Source: an uncultured Lachnospiraceae bacterium (GTDB taxonomy: Bacteria; Bacillota; Clostridia; Christensenellales; UBA1242). Taken from it: a stretch of 64,000 nucleotides of DNA. The stretch is from assembly GCA_964606505.1 (NCBI GenBank), contig CAZSGM010000001.1, positions 113,588-177,587 of the forward strand, in the 5' to 3' direction. A model generated the notes under the pieces. It had not been told where the DNA came from, searched no databases, and saw only the letters and a list, made by a program, of their open reading frames with translations. A program made the position numbers and the translations under genes. Positions 8,576 to 16,764 of this stretch are shown here, in pieces (within the stretch, counting starts at the first letter, position 1; each line of letters starts with the position of its first letter).

Positions 8576-11500
8576 ATGAAGAATTTATTCAAATATTTTG
8601 GGGTTATGTTGGCGGTGATTGTTGCGTCGATTATGTTTGTTGGCTGCGACGAGGTTTCGCTGGAGGGCATAGAAATTGAGGGCTTGCCTAGCGAGGTTGT
8701 TTCGGTGGGCGAAACCTTTGAGTTGCAGGTAGTGTTCAATCCTGAGAACGCGACCGACAAGCGCGTGGAGTTTTGGACGCCGCAAAATGACCTCATCAGG
8801 CTCGAACAAGTAACTGAAACGCTAGTTTCCGTCGAAACAATCGGCGCGGGGCAAATAACGATTTTCGCGCGCGCCCTTGACGGGAACCTCGCCGCGTCCG
8901 TAACTTTCACAATTATCACAGGCTCGCTCAATCTAATGTTCGGGGAGGCAGTTAACGGCGTCATAACTCGCACCTACAACGCGCAGCCGCAGCAGGTTGA
9001 AATCGTCAACCCATTCGACGGCGTTATCTACACTTATATAAAAGAGGGCGAAACACAGGGCAGCACAACCGCCCCAACCGACGTTGGCAGGTACAAGGTT
9101 ACCGCGTCGGTCGATTCAACCAGTTACATCGGGCAGTGTGAGGCGACGCTCGTAGTTTTGCCGCAAACGCTCGAAGTCCGCGCGGACGGCAAAAGTAAGG
9201 TCTACGGCGCGAGCGACGTTGCGCTCACTAAGCGCATTAACGGGCAAATTTTTGACGAGGACGTCGTAATTGACGGCAGCCTCACTCGCGAAATCGGCGA
9301 GGACGCGGGCAACTACAAAATCGTGCAGTCGGAACCGTTTGCGGTCAGGGGCGAGCACGCCGGCAACTACATCGTTAAGTTTGTGGAAGGTAACTTCTTT
9401 ATCTCCAAAGCGCCCGTGCAGGTAAATGTTTATGTTCCCGCGATTTATTACGGGATGGCGCCTACATCTGTTCCGACCTACAGCGTTGAGGGGCTAAAGA
9501 ACGACGACACGGCGGACGAACTTGGGCTGAGTATTGCTTACCCTGATGAAATGAAAAACGCGGGAAGTTATGATTTGGTCATCAACTCAACCAACACCAA
9601 CTACGAGTGCAACTTCTCTACAACTAAGGCGTATGTCTACAAAGCACCAATAACGCTGACCGTTGCTGACGCCGAAAAGGTTTACAAGTTTGACGACCCA
9701 ACATTTAGTTATTCAATCTACAACTCCCGCAACGCGGCAGACACGACGAAATTGTTTTACGACGATACCCTCGATTTGAGTTTCTCAAGGCAAGAGGGCG
9801 AGGACGCGGGGAACTATAATGTAACACTTGTTTGCAACACCGAAAACAGTAACTACAGCCTCACTATTAGAAGCGGAAAACTCAAAATTAAAAAGCGCAA
9901 CATTTTTATAATGCCGCAAGACGCAACTAAGCGTTACGGGCAAGTCGACCCTGAATTTAAGTACGAATATATGCTCTACGAGGGTTATTACGAGCCTGTG
10001 GAGAATGAAGTAATCGTTGAACTATCAAGGGAAGAGGGTGAAGATGTTGGGGAATACCATATTGAGTCAGTCGCAAGTTACAGTGCTAACTATGTTGTTG
10101 ACACGTGGACGGCTACATTTACAATCACTAAGGCGATTGTTTCTATTAAGGTAGACGACGTTACAATCGCGTACAAGGACGCCGAGCCAAGTTACACGTA
10201 CACTGTCGACCCAGAAAAGGACGCTTTGCTTGCAGACAACAAGTTTGTGTTTGAGTTCACGCGCCCTGCAGGCGAGAACGTTGGGAATTACAGCGTTTCA
10301 ATCAATATAAAAACCGACGACAGTAACTACGAACTTTCGACCGAGTCGGGCACGTTGACGATTAGGGAGCGGTATCTATATTACGATATTGGCTCGCTCA
10401 CAATGGCGTATTATCAAAATTTTGACAGCTCAACAATTCGCGTGATTTTAGACACTGAAGTCAGCGACGCAAACATTGAAAACATAGTTGTAACTGAAAA
10501 TATTAATCTCGACATTCCGTGGAGAAACGACATTGGCGAGTATGAGATTACCGCAACTCTGAAAAATCCTGTTCCTAACTACAAGATTGAGTTTTCTAAA
10601 GGCTGCCTTTCGATAAGAACGGCATACGTCCGCATTTATGTTGAAGATTTTGAGGCTTATTTTGGGGACGATATTGATTTCGCTGAGCATTTAATATACG
10701 AAGATGATAGCGCAGTAATTTCGCTTGACAAAACCGCCGACTCAGTTGAGTTTGCTTGCTCATTGTACGACGCAAGTGGCGTGGTAGTGAGTGGATACCC
10801 AACTGTTTTGGGGACGTATACTGCTAGGTGTACGGCGACAACTCCTGAGGGAAAAAATAATTACAACATCACAATTGAGGACGGGCAATTTAACCTCAAG
10901 CAAGCAGAAATTACGTTGGAGTGCGACGACATTACCGTGGTTTACGGGCATCCGATAACTTGTTCGCCAAGAATAACGGACATAAAAGGGCAATTTTTGG
11001 GTAATCAACAACTTGGCAGAGCCATCACGGGCTCGGACGTCGGGGAGCAGACGCTGTATTTCGGGTTGATTGAAAACCTTTACAGCGAGAACTACAAACT
11101 CATTTATACGCCCGTAACTGTTACAATCACGCCTGCGCCTGTAGTTATTGATATTGCAGGAAAACAGTTTAAGTACGGGGACGAGAAAGCCTTTACCTAC
11201 ACGTTTGGCGAGGGTACGGACGAGGTGTTCTTGCAGGATATGCAGAACCTGTTGATTACGTTGAGCGGCGCGGGAACTAATGTCGGCACATACGATATTG
11301 ATTGCCTCTATCTTGAAGTTGGCGACAAACACAACTACGACGTAACCGTGAACGGCGCGCAATACACGATTGTTCCGCGCGAGTACAAAGTGAAAGTTAA
11401 CGACGCTACCAAAAAATACGGCGAGGCTGACCCAACATTTACCTTTGCGCTCACAGAGAGTAGCGACACGCTGCTTGAGGGCGACGTGCTTGAACTCACT

Positions 11501-11896
11501 TACAGTAGGCAGGACGGCGCAACCGTTGGCGTGTACGACATAACGGCGACGGCAGCTGACCTCGGGTCAAACTACGATATTTCTGTGCAAGGCGGGGTAT
11601 TGACAATTACAAAAAGAAGTGTTACAATAACAGCCAACGACCTCACGATAACGGAAGGGCAAACCCCAACATTTACCTACACGTTGAGCGGCGACGCGAT
11701 TTTAAATAATGACATTGAGTTTAGTCTCACGTCTGAGGGGACAACGGCGGGTACGTACGACATAACAATAAATATCACTAAAAACAACGCCAATTACGAC
11801 GTAACTTGCGTTGCGGGCGAACTTACTATTAACCAAAGTTCGACAGACGCTCCCGACGCCCCCGCGTTGCCCAACACGCCGAATGTGTCTGAGTGA
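8576..11896 (+). CDS. Surface lipoprotein: signal peptide with lipobox, one Big_2 domain, ~10 MBG (YGX-type) repeats
   Basis: The internal start MKNLFKYFGVMLAVIVASIMFVGC (lipobox FVGC) is preferred over the track start 8429. Big_2-like segment VGETFELQVVFNPENATDKRVEFW. Repeated K[VK]YGxxDPxF[TS]Y...SR[EQ]EGED[AV]GxYxI modules. Confidence 0.85.
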   Translation: MKNLFKYFGVMLAVIVASIMFVGCDEVSLEGIEIEGLPSEVVSVGETFELQVVFNPENATDKRVEFWTPQNDLIRLEQVTETLVSVETIGAGQITIFARALDGNLAASVTFTIITGSLNLMFGEAVNGVITRTYNAQPQQVEIVNPFDGVIYTYIKEGETQGSTTAPTDVGRYKVTASVDSTSYIGQCEATLVVLPQTLEVRADGKSKVYGASDVALTKRINGQIFDEDVVIDGSLTREIGEDAGNYKIVQSEPFAVRGEHAGNYIVKFVEGNFFISKAPVQVNVYVPAIYYGMAPTSVPTYSVEGLKNDDTADELGLSIAYPDEMKNAGSYDLVINSTNTNYECNFSTTKAYVYKAPITLTVADAEKVYKFDDPTFSYSIYNSRNAADTTKLFYDDTLDLSFSRQEGEDAGNYNVTLVCNTENSNYSLTIRSGKLKIKKRNIFIMPQDATKRYGQVDPEFKYEYMLYEGYYEPVENEVIVELSREEGEDVGEYHIESVASYSANYVVDTWTATFTITKAIVSIKVDDVTIAYKDAEPSYTYTVDPEKDALLADNKFVFEFTRPAGENVGNYSVSINIKTDDSNYELSTESGTLTIRERYLYYDIGSLTMAYYQNFDSSTIRVILDTEVSDANIENIVVTENINLDIPWRNDIGEYEITATLKNPVPNYKIEFSKGCLSIRTAYVRIYVEDFEAYFGDDIDFAEHLIYEDDSAVISLDKTADSVEFACSLYDASGVVVSGYPTVLGTYTARCTATTPEGKNNYNITIEDGQFNLKQAEITLECDDITVVYGHPITCSPRITDIKGQFLGNQQLGRAITGSDVGEQTLYFGLIENLYSENYKLIYTPVTVTITPAPVVIDIAGKQFKYGDEKAFTYTFGEGTDEVFLQDMQNLLITLSGAGTNVGTYDIDCLYLEVGDKHNYDVTVNGAQYTIVPREYKVKVNDATKKYGEADPTFTFALTESSDTLLEGDVLELTYSRQDGATVGVYDITATAADLGSNYDISVQGGVLTITKRSVTITANDLTITEGQTPTFTYTLSGDAILNNDIEFSLTSEGTTAGTYDITINITKNNANYDVTCVAGELTINQSSTDAPDAPALPNTPNVSE

Positions 11897-12250
11897 TTGC
11901 GTAACTGTTGATTATTAAAAAATACAATTAAATTAATAAAAACGCAATTAACGTTTGAATTGATTAAGAAATTCAATTGACGATTAAATCAATTATTCAA
12001 ATAAACGATTAAAATCATTAAAAGGATTAAATTAATTGTTAAAAAGTAAAATTAATTAAAAAAATACAATTAAAATCAAATATAATGTAAGTTGTGAAGT
12101 CTAATTTTTGCGCAGGCGGAGGGATGGTTGACGGCGATTAAAAGCCGACAGGTTAAGCGGCGATAATTTGGCAGATTAATATTTTAATCAAAAAATGAAC
12201 GATTAAATGCGAATTGTTGCATAATTAAAACAAAATACTAAGGAGAGAAG

Positions 12251-12952
12251 ATGTTTCCAATACGACAATCGTGGTTTGATTTGCTGAAGGGGGAGTTTAG
12301 CAAGGACTACTACAGGGATTTGACGAGGTTTTTGACCGACGAGTACAGCAGGCGCACAATTTATCCTAAGCCTGAGAATGTTTTTAACGCACTGAACTAT
12401 GTTCCGTACAGCGATGTTAAGGTGGTTATAATTGGGCAAGACCCCTACCACCAGCCAAATCAAGCGAACGGGCTTTGCTTTTCTGTGCAGCCCGAGGTTG
12501 ACATTCCGCGCAGTTTGCAAAATATCTACAAGGAGTTGCGCGACGACTGTGGGTGTTACATCCCCGACAACGGCGACCTAACTAAGTGGGCAAAGCAAGG
12601 AGTGCTGCTGCTCAACAGTGTGTTGACCGTCAGGCACGGGCAGGCAAACTCGCACAAAGGCAGGGGTTGGGAAAACATTGTTGCGAAAGTGCTGGAACTT
12701 CTTAACAACCGCGCCGCCCCCGTAATATTTTTGCTGTGGGGCAACAACGCCAAGGCACTCGCGAAAAACATCGACGCGACCAAACACTTTGTGCTCACGT
12801 CCGCCCACCCAAGCCCGCTCTCTGCGAGCAACGGCTTCTTCGGCTGCAAGCACTTCTCAAAAACAAACGAGATTTTAAAACAACTCGGCAAAACTCCAAT
12901 CGACTGGCAAATTGAAAATATAAGGAACGACAATGGAAAACAAACAATTTAG
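12251..12952 (+). CDS. ung: Uracil-DNA glycosylase
   Basis: GQDPYH and HPSPLSA motifs, 233 aa, AAGGAG RBS. Confidence 0.95.
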   Translation: MFPIRQSWFDLLKGEFSKDYYRDLTRFLTDEYSRRTIYPKPENVFNALNYVPYSDVKVVIIGQDPYHQPNQANGLCFSVQPEVDIPRSLQNIYKELRDDCGCYIPDNGDLTKWAKQGVLLLNSVLTVRHGQANSHKGRGWENIVAKVLELLNNRAAPVIFLLWGNNAKALAKNIDATKHFVLTSAHPSPLSASNGFFGCKHFSKTNEILKQLGKTPIDWQIENIRNDNGKQTI

Positions 12953-13541
12953 TCATTACTTTACAAACGACGACGCGACCCATAACGAGCACGTAATTTA
13001 CGCGCGCTTTAATGATAAGGAATTTAAGTTTTTGACGCAAGACGGCGTTTTCTCCAAAAGCAAGTTAGATGACGGAACACTATTTTTGCTAAAAACCGTC
13101 ATTGAAATGGAACACCCAAGCGGCGCGGGGTTAGACCTCGGTTGCGGTTACGGAACTATCAGCGTAATACTGCCAAACTTTTGCGACGTGCAAATGACGG
13201 CTTGCGACGTAAACGAGCGCGCCTGCGAACTTACAAAACATAATTTGCAAAGCAACAACGTAAGCGCGCAAGTGCTTGTTTCGGACGTGGCGCAAAATGT
13301 GGATAAGTCCGACTTTGATTTTGTTATAACCAACCCGCCAATTAGGGTTGGAAACGCGATTTTGTTCCGTTTTTTTGAGGAAAGTTATCAAAAATTGCGG
13401 GATAACGGTGCATTTTATGCAGTATTACGTAAAAAACAGGGCGCGGAAACGTATATGAAAAAAATTGCGAGCATTTACGGAAATTGCGAAGTTTTGGACA
13501 AACATAAGGGTTACGTGATTTGTAAAGCGGTAAAAAAATAA
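12933..13541 (+). CDS. Class I SAM-dependent methyltransferase, RsmC/MTS-domain-like
   Basis: LDLGCGYG SAM motif and VITNPPIRVG motif IV. Overlaps the ung stop by 20 nt. Confidence 0.8.
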   Translation: MENKQFSHYFTNDDATHNEHVIYARFNDKEFKFLTQDGVFSKSKLDDGTLFLLKTVIEMEHPSGAGLDLGCGYGTISVILPNFCDVQMTACDVNERACELTKHNLQSNNVSAQVLVSDVAQNVDKSDFDFVITNPPIRVGNAILFRFFEESYQKLRDNGAFYAVLRKKQGAETYMKKIASIYGNCEVLDKHKGYVICKAVKK

Positions 13542-13600
13542 TTTTTGCGTTAAAAAAATATTACAGTAAAAAAATAATTATTGCAGCTAAAAATTATTAT

Positions 13601-13865
13601 TGTGGTAACAAATGTTGTAGTAATAAATTTTGCAGTAAAAAATATTATAGTAACAATTATTGTGGATAAGTTCATAAAAGAAAAATTTAAAAAACAAAGA
13701 AAAAATTATATATAAAAAACAGTTAACAGAAATAAAAAAACAACAAACAAAAACAAAAAATGTGGACAATTAAAAATTGGTACAAAAAAAGTTGATAAGT
13801 AAAAATGTGGATAACTAAAAAAATCGACATTACAAAGAATGTGGAAAAGTAAAAAATGTGGATAA
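13601..13865 (+). promoter_or_regulatory. Co-oriented DnaA-box cluster in an AT-rich spacer upstream of rsmA
   Basis: Perfect TGTGGATAA at 13661, 13806 and 13857. One-mismatch boxes TGTGGACAA (13761) and TGTGGAAAA (13840). Preceded by ~14-bp degenerate TT[GA][CT]AGTAA repeats (13545-13660). Confidence 0.6.
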
Positions 13866-13940
13866 CGTCTTTGCGTTGTCGCCGTGCAAATATGGCGGTG
13901 GGAAACAGCGCGGAGAGTTGTAGAGCAAAGAAGAGGAATT

Positions 13941-14774
13941 ATGATTACAAATTTTGGATTTAAGAAAAAATACGGGCAAAACTTTATTAGCGATAAAAAT
14001 TTATTGAACGCGATTGTTGCCGACGCGGGCATTGACGAGCAAACTCAAGTTTTGGAAATTGGCGCGGGCGCGGGCACACTAACTGCGGCACTTGCCGAGA
14101 AAGCGGAAAAAGTTGTGTCGGTGGAGATTGATGAGGAGTTGAAGCCGTACCTTGAACTTGTAAAACTCTCGCACCCCAATGTTGAGTTTGTGTTCGACGA
14201 CTTTATGGAACTTCCGAGGTACACGCTCGAGGAGCACTTTACAAAACCATTCGCAGTTGTTGCGAACCTGCCGTACTACATAACGACGCCGATAATCTTT
14301 AGGTTTCTTGAAGAGGGGTTTAACGTAAGTTCGCTAACATTGATGGTACAAAAGGAAGTTGCGGAACGTTTTTGCGCGGCACCCGACAGCAAGCAGTACA
14401 GCGCGGTTAGCGTCGCTTTGCAGAGTATGGGCGACATAAAAACTACGCGCGTTGTCGACAGGACTATGTTTTTTCCGCAACCAAAAGTGGATAGCGCGGT
14501 CGTTAATTTTAAAATCGACCTCAACAAATTCGACATTCAAGACCGCAAATTGTTTGGGTCGCTTGTTAAGGTCGCGTTTGCGTGGCGCAGAAAAATGCTT
14601 GTTAACTGCCTGCAAATGGGGTTTGACTTGAAGCGCGACGAAGCGGCAACGGTTATTGAGCGCGCGGGCTTACCTAGCAATGTGCGCGGCGAAAGCCTTT
14701 CGGTTACCGACTTTATTTCGCTTGCAAACGTTATCGACGATTTTGCGCACGCTAGAATATATGTTAAAAATTAG
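13941..14774 (+). CDS. rsmA: 16S rRNA (adenine1518/1519-N6)-dimethyltransferase
   Basis: KKYGQNFISD, EIGAGAGTLT and ANLPYYITTPI motifs. The start was moved to ATG 13941 (MITNFGFKK), which has an upstream AGAGGA. Confidence 0.9.
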   Translation: MITNFGFKKKYGQNFISDKNLLNAIVADAGIDEQTQVLEIGAGAGTLTAALAEKAEKVVSVEIDEELKPYLELVKLSHPNVEFVFDDFMELPRYTLEEHFTKPFAVVANLPYYITTPIIFRFLEEGFNVSSLTLMVQKEVAERFCAAPDSKQYSAVSVALQSMGDIKTTRVVDRTMFFPQPKVDSAVVNFKIDLNKFDIQDRKLFGSLVKVAFAWRRKMLVNCLQMGFDLKRDEAATVIERAGLPSNVRGESLSVTDFISLANVIDDFAHARIYVKN

Positions 14775-14950
14775 TGTTTTTTAATGAAAAAAACAATGTT
14801 TTAAGCCAAAACTTGCAATAAGGGTTGGCTTTTTTATTTTTGTTTAGTTTTTTTTAAGTAGGGCGGGGGATGTGGAAATGTCGACAAAAGTTGTCAAATA
14901 ATAAAATAAGGCGTCATTTTTTTTGGCTAAGAAGTCGTTATAATGGGGGT

Positions 14951-16099
14951 ATGAAACAATTAAAGGAATATTTAATTAAAAACAACATTTATTTGACAAG
15001 CGACGTCGAGGGTGTGTTTGCCGAGATTTTTAAAAATTATCAGAGCCAAGAGGTTGCGATTGTGGGGATGAACCTTGCGGGCGAGTGTGAAAAATTGCGC
15101 AAACTGTACCGCCTGTCCTTTATCGAGACGCCGCCCGAACTTTGCTACAGCCTCGCGGGCGTCAACCTGTCGCGCATTCAAATCAAGGAAAACGTGCGCC
15201 TGCTTGTCGCGTACGGGGACGAGCACGCGCTCAACCTCACTAAGTTACTTGCAAATAAACTTGACGTGCCCTTTGTTTGTGTTACGCGCGGGTATGTGTC
15301 AGTTTACACGCAGTGCAAGTACGCGGTTATCGACGGCGCGCCTGTTTTTGTCAAGCCGCGTCTGCTCGCGACAATTGTTGACGAACGCGCGGAGTTTTGC
15401 ACGGCGAACGCGTTTTGTCAAACAATGTCGCACCTGTTTGGATGTTTCGAGAACTACCTTAATGAGAAGTTTTTTGAAACGCCGTCGACGCTCAACACGA
15501 AGATTGTTTTTGACACTTACTTTGAACTATTGAACACGAACGGGAAGTTTGAGGGCGAAAAAGACAGGCAATACCTCTTGAAACTCAACCTGTTGCTCGC
15601 CGTTCAGTATGGGTTGTTTAGCGGTAACCCCTTTTGCGATTCTTACTACCTTGCGCTTGAGTACCTGTCGCACAACGTGAGGCAGTTTGCCGATTTTGCA
15701 AAAATCAACTTTGTGTTTGCGCAAATGCTCGCGGTTTTGTACGAAATCTATTTCAAAAACGAGTTGCAGTCGCCCCTGTATGTCGTGCGCGACGACCTAG
15801 AAAAAAGTGTTACGCTCGGCAAGTACGCTCAAGCGCTCTCCAAAACGCCCGCGCAGAAAAACGCCAAACTCAACTACATATATAAGGTTTACACCGCGCT
15901 CCTGCAAAAAATGTCCGAGTCCTTTCAGCGACTCTATGATAAAACATCCTTTTACGCAAAAAACCTAATGCCCGACGCGGGGTTTGCGCTCTTTAGCAAA
16001 CTTAGTTGCGAAACACTGATTGAAACAATCAAAAACTGCTCGCTCTTCAACGCCAACACACTGCTCTATAAGTTTGGACTAACCGAGGTGCTGCCGTAA
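14951..16099 (+). CDS. Hypothetical protein (382 aa); weak resemblance to the Fe-ADH/dehydroquinate-synthase-like fold only
   Basis: Long ORF with coding-like composition. Start chosen at MKQLKEYL (ATG 14951). No confident motif. Confidence 0.6.
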   Translation: MKQLKEYLIKNNIYLTSDVEGVFAEIFKNYQSQEVAIVGMNLAGECEKLRKLYRLSFIETPPELCYSLAGVNLSRIQIKENVRLLVAYGDEHALNLTKLLANKLDVPFVCVTRGYVSVYTQCKYAVIDGAPVFVKPRLLATIVDERAEFCTANAFCQTMSHLFGCFENYLNEKFFETPSTLNTKIVFDTYFELLNTNGKFEGEKDRQYLLKLNLLLAVQYGLFSGNPFCDSYYLALEYLSHNVRQFADFAKINFVFAQMLAVLYEIYFKNELQSPLYVVRDDLEKSVTLGKYAQALSKTPAQKNAKLNYIYKVYTALLQKMSESFQRLYDKTSFYAKNLMPDAGFALFSKLSCETLIETIKNCSLFNANTLLYKFGLTEVLP

Positions 16100-16764
16100 C
16101 CTCGCAGCTTGCGCGGTTGAGGAGTAGCGGATTTTGGGAGAAAACAGACACGGCAGGCTTGAGACGTAGACGCGCCATTTTTAAGTGTAGCGTGCCGAGG
16201 TTGTTGCGCGCGCGTTGGTTAGTGCGCGGCATAATTTGCGCAAAGGGCAACTTAAAGATAATAAACGCGAGTGGGGGTGATAACGCACCGTTTGGGAAGG
16301 GACGCCGAGGTTGTTGTGCGTAAGTGGGTTTGTTGTTGTGTTTTGTTAGTGTTAGTGGTAAGTGCGGATGTGTTGCCTGTGGGTTGCAGCGTAAGGGAGT
16401 GATTGTGGAAAAAATAAAAAAGTTTACAAATGGGGTGTAAATAAGTTGAAAAATTTGTTTAAATTGTGTATAATTGCTTTGTAAAATAAAAATAAAAGTT
16501 TACCTTATTTTAGCAAATTTCGCGAGATTGGTTGCACATAATGCAATTATTGCTGTGCGTAAAAATTTTTAATGTGAAGTTTGTAATTGGTGTAAAATTG
16601 TTTTTTTGCGATAGTTGAAACTTAATTGTGAGTGAATATTTTTTGAGTGCGGGAAAACACGCAATAAGTAATTACATTAAAAAATGTAAAATAGAAAACG
16701 TAAACTTGCGCAAAACAATTGCAAAAATGCTAAAAATAAGGGATAAAAAGGAGCGGTTTTTATT

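Noticed and set aside
13601-13865. Calling this (or 43855-43914) the chromosomal oriC
   Set aside because: DnaA boxes and AT-rich DNA are present, but no dnaA, dnaN or other origin-proximal marker is in the window and skew cannot be computed here. It is reported as a DnaA-box cluster only.
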